Assembly (NCBI RefSeq): GCF_007748075.1
Contig: NZ_CP036280.1
Span: forward strand, 3,030,001 to 3,062,000
From: Mucisphaera calidilacus
Lineage (GTDB): Bacteria > Planctomycetota > Phycisphaerae > Phycisphaerales > Phycisphaeraceae
DNA length: 32,000 nt
Direction: 5' to 3'
Positions within the stretch are counted from its first letter, which is position 1; the number at the start of each line of letters is the position of its first letter. The notes beneath the pieces are model-generated. The model saw only the letters and a list, made by a program, of their open reading frames with translations. It made no database searches and was not told where the DNA came from. This document shows, one piece after another, positions 22,862-31,700 of this stretch. The position numbers and the translations under genes are program-made.

Positions 22862-24321
22862 AAAACCATCGCGTAGGCCAGGAAGCACAAACCCATGAAG
22901 GCGTTGGCCAGGCCGATGTAGCCGATGATCGCCTTGACCTCCTCGGGCAGCTTGCGTGCCGGCCAGCTCACGACCGAACAAGCCTTGCGCAGCGACACGA
23001 GCATGCGTCCGAGCCGCGTCTTGGGAGGCTCTTCGACCGGCTCGTCACCGGACGCCGAAGCATCGGCTCTTGAGGCAGCAGCAGCCGGGGCCTTCTCGTC
23101 GGTCTCCAGCTCGGCATCAACGTCCTCACCCGACGCCATCATCGCGTCCATCTCGGCGAGCGCGTGCTCCTCGTCGGTCTTGGGCGCCTCCTCCGCGACG
23201 ACCCCCTCGGCCTCATCCTCCGCGACTTCCTCGACGGCTTCGGGTTCTTCAGGCTCAGGCTCGGCAGCCGCCTCCGGCTCCGCAACCTCACCCTCCGACT
23301 GCACCGCCTCGACCGTGTCGAAGTCACCCTCCAGCTCGACCTCGTCGTAGTTGACCGATTCGAGGTCCGCCGCCTGCCGGCTCTCGGGCCGACTCGACCC
23401 GGAGCTGAGTTCTTCCTCAAGCCGCTCGATGTCGGCGGTCACCTCGGCCACCGATCCCGATTCCTCGGTCGCCAGCTCGGCCTCAGCGACCTCGGCGATG
23501 GCCGCGTCGATCGCTTCGAGCGCCGCCTCATCGGGATCCGCTGCGTCGGGCTCCGCGACGGCCTCCGCCTCAGCCCGCGACTCGGCCTCCTGCGCCACCA
23601 GCGCCTCCGACGCGGCATCCACGTCGTCCGCCTCGATCGCCGTGTCGGGCTGAACGGGCAGAGCGGCCTCCGCCTCTTCCTGCTCCAGATCACTGACCTC
23701 GGCCATGACGTCGTCGATCGCACGCGCGAGATCGTCCATGTCTTCGGTCGGTCCGGTCGACATGCTCGACGACAAGTCCGCCGCGGCCTGCCTGCGTGCC
23801 GCCGTCTCAGGCGTCTCGGGCTGCGCGGGCGACTCGTCCGTCGCGAGATCATCCAACACCGATTCAAGGTCCGCGACCCAACCCGGCTGTTCGTCGGGCG
23901 TGGCGGGTTCCGCCTCGTTCTCGGCGGCAACGGGTTCTGGAGAAACTTCTTTGGTCACGATATCCCCCGGAGCTTCCTGACGGTCTTCAACGGGCTGGGT
24001 GTCGGCCTCGGCCGCCGGCTCCTGAGCGGTCGCCTGCTCGATGTGTTCTTCAACAGCCTGCTGCGTGAGGGCGTCGGAAGCAGCGTCGTCCACGCCGACA
24101 TCCGAAACCGGCTGGTCTTCTTCGGGCCGCTTGGGCTTGCGGTCCGGGAAGGTGCCGGGCGCGGTCAGTTCGATCTGGTCCAGCAGCGACTCGAGCTGCT
24201 GATCGAGTTCGAACGGATCGGGTGCCTCCGGCTTGCTGGGCGGGTTGGGTTCGCTCACGATCCTTTCGCTCACATCCAATCCGGTTCGCCAGCCCGCGCA
24301 CAACTTCAGGCTTGCCAACAC
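22858..24321 (-). CDS. Hypothetical highly acidic, low-complexity protein with a single C-terminal transmembrane anchor
   Basis: 487-aa ORF. About 400 residues are dominated by E, A, D, P, V and T with very few basic residues. A basic patch follows (KTRLGRMLVSLRKACSVVSWPARKLPEEVK), then a terminal hydrophobic helix AIIGYIGLANAFMGLCFLAYAMVF. The start is uncertain: ATG 24321, or in-frame GTGs at 24273 and 24258. The antisense frame gives only R/G/L-rich junk. Confidence 0.55.
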   Translation of the reverse strand: MLASLKLCAGWRTGLDVSERIVSEPNPPSKPEAPDPFELDQQLESLLDQIELTAPGTFPDRKPKRPEEDQPVSDVGVDDAASDALTQQAVEEHIEQATAQEPAAEADTQPVEDRQEAPGDIVTKEVSPEPVAAENEAEPATPDEQPGWVADLESVLDDLATDESPAQPETPETAARRQAAADLSSSMSTGPTEDMDDLARAIDDVMAEVSDLEQEEAEAALPVQPDTAIEADDVDAASEALVAQEAESRAEAEAVAEPDAADPDEAALEAIDAAIAEVAEAELATEESGSVAEVTADIERLEEELSSGSSRPESRQAADLESVNYDEVELEGDFDTVEAVQSEGEVAEPEAAAEPEPEEPEAVEEVAEDEAEGVVAEEAPKTDEEHALAEMDAMMASGEDVDAELETDEKAPAAAASRADASASGDEPVEEPPKTRLGRMLVSLRKACSVVSWPARKLPEEVKAIIGYIGLANAFMGLCFLAYAMVF

Positions 24322-24409
24322 GCCGCCGATGCTTGATGCTCAGCGGCACGAGGCGGGTTACGCGCCGCCTCACATCCTGACGATCGACGCCCAGGCAGAG
24401 GCGACTACA

Positions 24410-25225
24410 GTGACCAACCACGAGGTCCGAGAGAATCGGCCCCCACAGCACGCAGACGGCGATCACGCCTTACCCCGATTCTACGCACCGTCGCTGCCGA
24501 CACCGAATCATGCTGATCCGGTCGAGATCGAACTTGACCCCGAGGAGGCCCGGCACGCGGTCAAGGCTCGCCGGCTTCAACCCGGTTCACCCGTCGAGCT
24601 GATCGACGGACTGGGCCACCGGTCGCTGGCCGCCATCCTCCACGCCGACGGCAGGCGGGTCACGGCCCGGATTGAACAGACGCTGACCCACCCCGAGCCG
24701 TCGCCGCGCATCACCGTCGCCAGCGCCCTGCCCAAGGGCTCGCGGACCGAAGACCTGATCGACATGCTCGTCCAGACCGGGGCCTCGGCATGGGTGCCGC
24801 TCGACACCGAACACGCGGTCGTTCGACCCGACGAACGCAGGCGCAGCCGCTGGGAACGACGCGCCCTGGCGGGCCTCAAGCAGTCCCGCAGGCTGCACCG
24901 GCTGGAGATAAAACGCGTCACACACCCCGACGATCTGGCGGGCTGGACGCAGCCGGTTCGGCTGCTGGCCGACGCTGCGCATGGCGTTCACAAAACCGCT
25001 AAAACACACGCTCAGGAGATCGCGGTCGCGATTGGGCCTGAGGGGGGATGGTCCCAGCGTGAACGGTCGCTCCTGCTCGATGCCGGATGGTTGTCGTGGT
25101 CACTCGGCGACTCTGTCATGAGAGTCGAGACCGCTGCCGCCGTCGCCTCGGCACTGCTCAGGTATCTCAACACAGGCTCGTCTGACGCGCCAGCAGACGA
25201 CGCCACAGCGAGCACCCTGCTATGA
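24410..25225 (+). CDS. rsmE: 16S rRNA (uracil1498-N3)-methyltransferase RsmE
   Basis: The ORF track starts at 24233, overlapping the divergent gene. The RsmE pattern begins at LPRFYAP, and IGPEGGWS and MRVETAA follow near the C-terminus. I chose GTG 24410 (GAGG 9 nt upstream). ATG 24329 is the alternative. Confidence 0.7.
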   Translation: MTNHEVRENRPPQHADGDHALPRFYAPSLPTPNHADPVEIELDPEEARHAVKARRLQPGSPVELIDGLGHRSLAAILHADGRRVTARIEQTLTHPEPSPRITVASALPKGSRTEDLIDMLVQTGASAWVPLDTEHAVVRPDERRRSRWERRALAGLKQSRRLHRLEIKRVTHPDDLAGWTQPVRLLADAAHGVHKTAKTHAQEIAVAIGPEGGWSQRERSLLLDAGWLSWSLGDSVMRVETAAAVASALLRYLNTGSSDAPADDATASTLL

Positions 25226-25956
25226 ACCATCCCCAGCAGCCCCCCTTCGAACCGGTCGTCCTGCGTGAACGCGGGGCCAATGACGCGACCTCGGACCGGA
25301 GGCTGTTCGTTCAGTTCTACGCTGCCACCACGCGGCCCGGGGCCGAGAGCCCGACATCGGTCGCCCTCACCCCCGCCCTGCGTGACCAGCGGATCGATGC
25401 CGTGCTCTACGAGGACGCTCGCGACCCGCGCGGCTTCGGGGTGGCGTTCGCCTCCGAAGACCCTCACCAGATCATCGAGGCGGCACGCACGCTCTTCGTC
25501 CAGCCCGCCTGGATCGCCTTGGAGATCCTGCCGGACTACACCATGCTCGGGCGGAGCTACAGCCTCGGCTACGAGACCGACATCGAGGACACCCTGATAC
25601 ACCGGCCGCTGCGCCACCTGCTCGACCCCGACTGGCCCTGGGCGATCTGGTACCCGCTCCGGCGATCCGGTGCGTTCGAAACGCTGCCTCAGGACCAGAA
25701 GCGGAAGATCCTCGGCGAGCACGCCAGGATCGGCATGGACTGGGGACGAAGCGGGCTGGCCCGGGACATCCGACTCGCCTGCCACGGGCTGGGCGGCGCC
25801 GACAACGACTTCGTGATCGGCCTGTTCGGCAGGGACCTCTTCCCCCTCTCCGCGCTGATCGCCCGCATGCGTTCGACCGAACAGACCTCGCAGTATCTCG
25901 AACAACTCGGCCCCTTCTTCGCGGGTCGTGCCGTCTGGCGGTCGACGAACACCTGA
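25222..25956 (+). CDS. Chlorite dismutase-family protein (Cld/HemQ-like)
   Basis: 244-aa ORF. The segment WYPLRRSGAFETLPQDQKRKILGEHARIG ... FVIGLFGRDLFPLSALIARMRSTEQTSQY follows the chlorite-dismutase-family pattern (proximal His in EHARIG). The ATG overlaps the rsmE TGA (ATGA). Confidence 0.6.
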   Translation: MNHPQQPPFEPVVLRERGANDATSDRRLFVQFYAATTRPGAESPTSVALTPALRDQRIDAVLYEDARDPRGFGVAFASEDPHQIIEAARTLFVQPAWIALEILPDYTMLGRSYSLGYETDIEDTLIHRPLRHLLDPDWPWAIWYPLRRSGAFETLPQDQKRKILGEHARIGMDWGRSGLARDIRLACHGLGGADNDFVIGLFGRDLFPLSALIARMRSTEQTSQYLEQLGPFFAGRAVWRSTNT

Positions 25957-26002
25957 TGGGCGTTAAAATCCAGTCCCAGCACCCCAGCGAAGAAAGCAAA
26001 CC

Positions 26003-27463
26003 ATGATCGAGACCACCAGCGAGCAGTACACCCAGGCCCTTGAGACCCTCAAGAGCATCGGGCAGGAGCACGTCCTGGCCAGTTTCGATCAGCTCGACGC
26101 GGGACAGCAGGCCGCTCTGCTCGCCGAGATCGCCTCGGTCGACTGGCAGGAGGTCCACCGGCTGATCGGGACCCACGTCCTCGACAAGCCCACCTTCGAG
26201 CTGCCGACCGACATCGAGCCGGCCCCGTGGTTCCCCAACGTGCCCACCGCGGGCGAGCAGGAGTCCTACTACCACACCGCCACCGAGGTCGGCCGGGCCA
26301 TGATCGCCGCCGGCAAGGTCGCCGCCTTCACCGTCGCGGGCGGCCAGGGCACGCGCCTGGGCTGGGACGGGCCCAAGGGAACCTTCCCCGCCACCCCGAT
26401 CCGACACCTGCCGCTCTTCGGCTGCTTCGCCGAGTACATCCGCGCCTGCGAGGCACGCTTCGGCGTGACCATCCGCTGGTACATCATGACCTCGCCCGCC
26501 AACGACACCGACACCCGCGAGTTCCTCACCCGACACCAGTTCTTCGGACTCGACCCGGCCCAGGTCATGATCTTCCCGCAGGGCATGATGCCCGCCGTCG
26601 ATCCGAGCACCGGCAAGGTGCTCATGGCCTCCAAGGGCTCCATCGCCCTGTCGCCCAACGGCCACGGCGGCTCCCTCAAGGCCCTCGAGACCTCCGGCGC
26701 GCTCAAGGACATGGAGAAGCACGGCATCGAGCACATCAGCTACACGCAGGTCGACAACCCCATCGTCCGCGTCCTCGACCCCGTCTTCCTCGGCCTCCAC
26801 GCCATCTCGGGCAGCCAGATGTCCTCCAAGATGCTGCCCAAGGCCTACCCCACCGAAAAACTCGGCAACTTCTGCTTCGTCGACGGACGCATGACCATCA
26901 TCGAGTACTCCGACCTCCCCGACGAACTGGCCTACGAGACACTCGAAAACGGCGAGCTGCGCTTCCGCGCCGGCTCCATCGCGATCCACGCCATCCGCCG
27001 GGACTTCGTCGAAAACCTCAACCGCACCGCCGGGGGCTTCGCCCTGCCCTACCACCGGGCCAACAAGAAGGTCCCCTTCTACGACCCGAAGACCGACACC
27101 CAGGTCAAGCCCGACGAGCCGAACGCCGTCAAACTCGAGACCTTCGTCTTCGACGCCCTGCCGCTCTGCAGCACCTCGATCGTCTACGAGACCGAACGCG
27201 TCGACGAGTTCGCGCCCATCAAGAACGCCGACACTCCCGCCGGCGACGAGCCGGCCAACGACAGCCCCGAGACGAGCCGCAACATCCAGACCGAGCGTGC
27301 CGCCCGCTGGCTCTCGGAGCTGGGCGTCCACATCCCCCGCCGCGAAGACGGCACCGTCGATGCCGCCATCGAGATCAGCCAGATCACCGCGATCTACAAG
27401 GAAGACCTCGACCGCTCGTCGCTGCCTGATCACATCCGCCCCGGGCAGGAACTGCTGCTCTGA
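26003..27463 (+). CDS. UDP-sugar pyrophosphorylase of the UDPGP/UAP1 (eukaryotic-type) family
   Basis: 486-aa ORF with FTVAGGQGTRLGWDGPKGTFP, SPNGHGG and YTQVDNP, landmark motifs of the UTP--glucose-1-phosphate / UDP-N-acetylhexosamine pyrophosphorylase family. Confidence 0.75.
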   Translation: MIETTSEQYTQALETLKSIGQEHVLASFDQLDAGQQAALLAEIASVDWQEVHRLIGTHVLDKPTFELPTDIEPAPWFPNVPTAGEQESYYHTATEVGRAMIAAGKVAAFTVAGGQGTRLGWDGPKGTFPATPIRHLPLFGCFAEYIRACEARFGVTIRWYIMTSPANDTDTREFLTRHQFFGLDPAQVMIFPQGMMPAVDPSTGKVLMASKGSIALSPNGHGGSLKALETSGALKDMEKHGIEHISYTQVDNPIVRVLDPVFLGLHAISGSQMSSKMLPKAYPTEKLGNFCFVDGRMTIIEYSDLPDELAYETLENGELRFRAGSIAIHAIRRDFVENLNRTAGGFALPYHRANKKVPFYDPKTDTQVKPDEPNAVKLETFVFDALPLCSTSIVYETERVDEFAPIKNADTPAGDEPANDSPETSRNIQTERAARWLSELGVHIPRREDGTVDAAIEISQITAIYKEDLDRSSLPDHIRPGQELLL

Positions 27464-27469
27464 TCCGAA

Positions 27470-28141
27470 TCAGGCCGTCACCAGCAGCACCGCGAACATC
27501 GAGATCCAGACCGCGTCCAGGAAGTGCCAGTACATGGCCAGGTGCTTGACCGGCGCGTGATGCTCGTGGTCGTATTTCCGCTTGTGCGCATCACGCGTCA
27601 CGATCGCCAGCGGCACGACGCCGCCGATCACGTGTAAAGCGTGGATGAGGATCAGCACAAACACCGCTCCGTAGAGGGGATTGGTCGAGGTCGTATCGGC
27701 CGCCGCCATCTGCCCGTTGGCCACCGCCTGACGCTGGGCGATCGCGTCCCAGTGGTCGCCCAGCAACGCGAGCAGGCTCGGCGTCTGCACCAGCAGGAAG
27801 ACCACCGCAAGACCGAGCGTCGCCCACATCGCCCTGCAGAAGGCCTCCTGGCGCTCGAGGCGGATGTGCGTCAGCGCCCGGTGGATCGTGAAGCTCGAGA
27901 GCAGAATCACCGCCGTCGAAACCCACAGCCCGACCGGGATGGTCATCGAGCCCCACGGCGGACCGGCCGGCGGGATCGGCTCGCCCGTGATGTAGTTGGT
28001 CTTCTCCAGCATCCCGTTGACCCGGATGATGGTGTAGGCCAGCATCGAGGCCGCGAACAGCATGCCCAGCGAGATGAGGAAGAGCCACATCCCGAAATCA
28101 CCGGCCTTCTTGGGAACGTGCGGGGTCGAAACGGCTGTCAC
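27470..28141 (-). CDS. Heme-copper oxidase subunit III-family protein (short paralog)
   Basis: 223-aa ORF with a GTG start and GGAGG 6 nt upstream. It is multi-TM, has LIHALHVIGG, and has the C-terminal signature LAMYWHFLDAVWISMF (YWHFVDxVW). Confidence 0.8.
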   Translation of the reverse strand: MTAVSTPHVPKKAGDFGMWLFLISLGMLFAASMLAYTIIRVNGMLEKTNYITGEPIPPAGPPWGSMTIPVGLWVSTAVILLSSFTIHRALTHIRLERQEAFCRAMWATLGLAVVFLLVQTPSLLALLGDHWDAIAQRQAVANGQMAAADTTSTNPLYGAVFVLILIHALHVIGGVVPLAIVTRDAHKRKYDHEHHAPVKHLAMYWHFLDAVWISMFAVLLVTA

Positions 28142-28206
28142 GGGATACCTCCAGATCCGGCGTCGTGCCTGATCACATCATAGACCCACAAGGGCCTGAG
28201 ACCGAG

Positions 28207-28229
28207 AAAAAACCGCCGCGATCAGGGCG
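28207..28229 (-). terminator. Weak hairpin plus T6 run after the subunit IV stop (possible attenuator inside the cox operon)
   Basis: Minus strand: CGCC-ctgatcgc-GGCG, then G and TTTTTT (plus-strand A-run 28207-12). A six-base homopolymer run is unusual in this GC-rich window, but the stem is only 4 bp. Confidence 0.2.
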
Positions 28230-28587
28230 CCGTGGGCACGATCGACGGCCGGTCGAGGACCGACTGATAGGCGTTGGTGTCCATCAACGCGAACGAGATG
28301 AACAGCGTCACGAACAGCAGCGAGGCGATCAGGATCACGCCGTTGACCGGCGCATCGACCTTGAGGTGCATGAAGTACCACGCCACCAGCGTCGCCTTCA
28401 CGAAGGCGATCCCCATCGCCACCAGCAGGTTCGCCGTGTAACCGAAGTCGTAGGTCGTCACGCCCACGGTGATGATCGTCAGGAACATCAACGCGAAGAA
28501 CGTGAGGAACATCTCCGAGTAAGGCAGCGGGTGATTGTAACTCTGGTCGTACCCGTAGTCGTCGATCTTGGTTTCGTGGTGTGCCAT
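28222..28587 (-). CDS. Cytochrome c oxidase subunit IV (prokaryotic COX4_pro family)
   Basis: 121-aa ORF with three predicted TM segments and the family segment IAFVKATLVAWYFMHLK. Confidence 0.75.
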   Translation of the reverse strand: MAHHETKIDDYGYDQSYNHPLPYSEMFLTFFALMFLTIITVGVTTYDFGYTANLLVAMGIAFVKATLVAWYFMHLKVDAPVNGVILIASLLFVTLFISFALMDTNAYQSVLDRPSIVPTAP

Positions 28588-28620
28588 ACGGTCAATCCCT
28601 CGCCGGGGTGTGTGCGGGTG

Positions 28621-29778
28621 TCAGTGGATCAGGTACAGAAGCGGGAACAGGAAGATCCAGATCATGTCCACGATGTGCCAGTAGAGACCCACACACTCGA
28701 TGGTCGTGAAGTTGTCCGGGCCGAAGGCGTTCATGAACGTCGCACGGATCCAGAGCCACAACAGCAGGCCCATGCCGACCAGCACGTGGATGCCGTGCAG
28801 GCCCGTCATCATGTAGTAGATCTGATAGAAGATGTGCACGCGGTCCTGCTCGGCGACGGGCAGGTCCATGAACGTGATGACCTTGTGGTGGCCGGCGTGG
28901 TGCCCGCCGCCCTGCAGGTCCATGCCGGCGAACTCCGAGGTCACGCCCGAACCGGCTTGCTCCGGCTCCGCGATCAGCGAGACCTCGACCGGCACGCCGG
29001 CCTCGTCCGCCTCAGCCTCACCGCCGACCGGCACGTAGTCCTCGGGCAGCTCGGCGGTCATGTCGCCATGCGTCGGCTCCGCGTGCTCGCCGTGGCCGTC
29101 GTCGTGACCCTCGTCATGCTCCGCCTCGTGCGTCTCACCCTCCTGTTCCGCGTGCTCCTCATCGTGAGCGTGATCGTGGCCGTCGGCGTAGCCGTGCCCA
29201 TGGTGCGGGTCGTAGAACTTCGGGTCGGTCTTGTAGTCGTAGTCGTCGCCGTAGATGTACTTGCCCAGGTACTTGCGGTCGAGGTAGTTGTTGATGACGT
29301 TGAGCCGTTGGGCCTGCCCCTCGGTGTCGGTCGGGTCCTTGATCGGGTAGTAGGCGTTGGCCTGACCCGGCCAGAGCCCCGAGCCCCACTTGCTCGAGTA
29401 CTCGATCGACTTGATGCCCATGAAGCCCACGCCGCCCATGAACGTCAGCAGGAGCATGGCCGAGAGCAGCTTCTTCTGTCCGAGCATCGCGGCACGCACG
29501 GCCCAGGCCATCGTCAGCGACGAGGCGAGGAGCACCGCGGTGTTGATCGCACCGAGCTGCGTGTCGAGGAACTTGTGGGCGTAGAGATAGACCTCTTTGT
29601 GGTTGCCGCGGTAGATCGCATAGGCGCAGAACAGCCCGCCAAACATCAGGATCTCGGTCGCGAGAAAGAGCCAGATGCCCAGCTTCGCCGACTCGAACTG
29701 CTGCTTGGGGGTGTGGAAGTGGTGGGCCAGGTGCGGATGATGGCCCTCGCCGTGCCCGTGATCGTTCGCGTCGCTCAT
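28621..29778 (-). CDS. ctaE: Cytochrome c oxidase subunit III with a large His/Asp/Glu-rich insertion
   Basis: 385-aa ORF. The N-terminus has HHFHTPKQQFESAKLGIWLFLATEILMFGGLF, and the C-terminus has MTGLHGIHVLVG and LYWHIVDMIWIFLFPLLY, all canonical subunit III. About 185 residues (roughly 128-312) are inserted between the third and fourth TM helices. Confidence 0.8.
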   Translation of the reverse strand: MSDANDHGHGEGHHPHLAHHFHTPKQQFESAKLGIWLFLATEILMFGGLFCAYAIYRGNHKEVYLYAHKFLDTQLGAINTAVLLASSLTMAWAVRAAMLGQKKLLSAMLLLTFMGGVGFMGIKSIEYSSKWGSGLWPGQANAYYPIKDPTDTEGQAQRLNVINNYLDRKYLGKYIYGDDYDYKTDPKFYDPHHGHGYADGHDHAHDEEHAEQEGETHEAEHDEGHDDGHGEHAEPTHGDMTAELPEDYVPVGGEAEADEAGVPVEVSLIAEPEQAGSGVTSEFAGMDLQGGGHHAGHHKVITFMDLPVAEQDRVHIFYQIYYMMTGLHGIHVLVGMGLLLWLWIRATFMNAFGPDNFTTIECVGLYWHIVDMIWIFLFPLLYLIH

Positions 29779-29849
29779 GCCGCTTTTCTGCCTTGTTCTT
29801 CTCAGGGATCAGCCGGCCGCAACGCCACCGGCGGGAAACAACCAGTTCG

Positions 29850-31640
29850 TCAGTGATGACCGCCCGCGGCGGCGACCTTCTCGGCGTACACCTTGGGGTC
29901 TTCACGCAGGACGTAACCCTCCTGCTGCTCGTCGTACTTCCAGTTCACGTGGTCGTAGGGCTCGCCCGCGATCGGCGCCTCGCCCTCGAAGTTGTGGTGC
30001 GGGGGCGGCGACGTGGTGTACCACTCCAGCGTGTTCGCGCCCCACGGGTTCGCCGAGGCCTTGCGACCCGCCCAGAACGAGTGGAGCCAGTTGTAGAGCA
30101 CGATGAACAGCCCGATCGACAGCAGGTAGGAGCCATAAGTCGAGAAGGCGTGGTAGAAGGCGTACTCGTCGAGGTAGTGGGCGTACCGGCGGGGCATGCC
30201 CTTGGTGCCGGCCAGGAACTGGATGAAGAACGTCGCGTTAAAACCGATGAACGTGACGATCGCACCGATCCGGCCCGTCGTCTCGTTGTACATGACGCCG
30301 AACATCTTCGGCCACCAGTAATACATGCCGCCGATGAACGCGAAGAGCGTCGAGCCGACCATCACGTAGTGGAAGTGAGCCACAACAAAGTACGTGTCGT
30401 GGAAGAAGATGTCCGTCGACAGCGTCGCCAGGAACAGGCCCGTCAGCCCGCCGATGGCGAACAGCCAGATGAAGCCGATGGCGTAGAGCATCGGCGTGTC
30501 CAGGCGGATCTGCCCACGCCACATCGTCGCCAGCCAGTTGAACACCTTGATCGCCGAGGGAATCGCCACGCTCATCGTCAGCAGCGAGAAGATCGCGTTG
30601 AGCATCGACGACTGGCCCGAGGTGAACATGTGGTGGCCCCACACGATGAACCCGAAGACCGCGATCGCCACCGACGAGAAGGCGATGAACTTGTAGCCGA
30701 AGACGTGCTTGCGGGAGAAGGCCCCGATCAGCTCAGAGACCACGCCCAGCGCCGGGAGGATCATGATGTAGACGGCGGGGTGGGAGTAGAACCAGAAGAA
30801 GTGCTGGTAGAGCACCGGGTCGCCGCCCAGCGCCGGGTCGAAGATGCCGATGCCGAGCATACGCTCCGCCGCGAGCAGCAGCAGCGTGATCGCCAGCACC
30901 GGCGTCGCCAGGATCTGGATCAGCGCGGTGGCGTACAACGCCCAGATGAACAGCGGCATGTGAAACCACGTCATCCACTTGGGACGCATCGTGTGCACGG
31001 TCGCGATGAAGTTCAGGCCCGTCAGGATCGACGAGAAGCCGAGAATAAAGACGCCAAGCGTCGCCGCGACCACCTGCGTGCCGGTCTCGGTCGAGTAAGG
31101 CGTGTAGAACGTCCAGCCGGTGTCCAGACCGACAGGCAGCCAGTCCGGCGGGTTGATGCCATACGCGTAGAGCACCGTGCCGATCACGCCGCTGAGCAGG
31201 ATCCAGACGAAGAAGACCATCCCGATCATGTAGAGATACCACGACGTCAGGTTCAGCTTGGGGAACGCCACGTCCTTCGCCCCGAGCATGATCGGCAACG
31301 CAAAGTTGCCCAGGATCGCCGGGATCGCCGGGATGATGAACAGGAACGTCATCACCGCGCCGTGCAGCGTGAACGAGTGGTTGTAGAAATCGTTCGAGGC
31401 GGTCTCGTCCGCGAGCAGCGTCCACTCGTTGCTCAGCAACTCGGTGCGCACCACGATCGCGAACACGCCGCCGAGGAAGAACGAGAAGAGCACGAAGCCC
31501 ATGTACATCAGGCCGATACGCTTGTGGTCCACCGTCGACAGCCACGACCACAGGCCCTTGCCTGCCGTCAGGTAGTTGTCCTCGTGGGCCTCCTGGCCCT
31601 GCCCGCCACCGATCGAACCGGGTTGTGTCACAACCGACAT
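29850..31640 (-). CDS. ctaD: Cytochrome c oxidase subunit I
   Basis: The ORF track starts at GTG 31646. ATG 31640 is better spaced, 8 nt from AAGGA. Canonical subunit I segments: [14 protein letters not shown]-equivalent [24 protein letters not shown]. Confidence 0.95.
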   Translation of the reverse strand: MSVVTQPGSIGGGQGQEAHEDNYLTAGKGLWSWLSTVDHKRIGLMYMGFVLFSFFLGGVFAIVVRTELLSNEWTLLADETASNDFYNHSFTLHGAVMTFLFIIPAIPAILGNFALPIMLGAKDVAFPKLNLTSWYLYMIGMVFFVWILLSGVIGTVLYAYGINPPDWLPVGLDTGWTFYTPYSTETGTQVVAATLGVFILGFSSILTGLNFIATVHTMRPKWMTWFHMPLFIWALYATALIQILATPVLAITLLLLAAERMLGIGIFDPALGGDPVLYQHFFWFYSHPAVYIMILPALGVVSELIGAFSRKHVFGYKFIAFSSVAIAVFGFIVWGHHMFTSGQSSMLNAIFSLLTMSVAIPSAIKVFNWLATMWRGQIRLDTPMLYAIGFIWLFAIGGLTGLFLATLSTDIFFHDTYFVVAHFHYVMVGSTLFAFIGGMYYWWPKMFGVMYNETTGRIGAIVTFIGFNATFFIQFLAGTKGMPRRYAHYLDEYAFYHAFSTYGSYLLSIGLFIVLYNWLHSFWAGRKASANPWGANTLEWYTTSPPPHHNFEGEAPIAGEPYDHVNWKYDEQQEGYVLREDPKVYAEKVAAAGGHH

Positions 31641-31700
31641 CGTCACATTCCTTCACATCACGGCGGCGGGATCATGCCCGACGCCTGGCATCCCGCCTTC

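Noticed and set aside
24290-24325. Possible sigma54 promoter (TGGCA...TTG) on the minus strand upstream of the acidic protein gene
   Set aside because: TGGCAAGCCTGAAGTTGTG does not have the GG-N10-GC spacing of the -24/-12 consensus.
23164-24336. 390-aa plus-strand ORF antisense to the acidic protein gene
   Set aside because: The translation is extremely R/L/G-rich, the mirror image of a GAG/GCC-rich coding strand. The minus-strand frame ends in a coherent basic patch plus TM helix. I accept some residual uncertainty because neither frame has a known domain.
24250-24377. Short repeats: TTCGCTCAC twice (24250-24258, 24265-24273) and CTCACATCC twice, exactly 100 bp apart (24269-24277, 24369-24377)
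   Set aside because: Nine-mers recur by chance in 32 kb on two strands. The first pair probably lies inside the 5' end of the acidic-protein ORF, where it only creates two in-frame GTG start candidates. I found no further supporting structure.
25472-27433. 653-aa minus-strand ORF
   Set aside because: It is antisense to the Cld-family and UDPGP-family genes, which carry clear motifs. The translation is G/R/A/V low complexity.
28165-29856. 563-aa plus-strand ORF over the cox subunit IV and III genes
   Set aside because: It is antisense to proteins with canonical oxidase signatures. The translation is R/V/H/D-rich.
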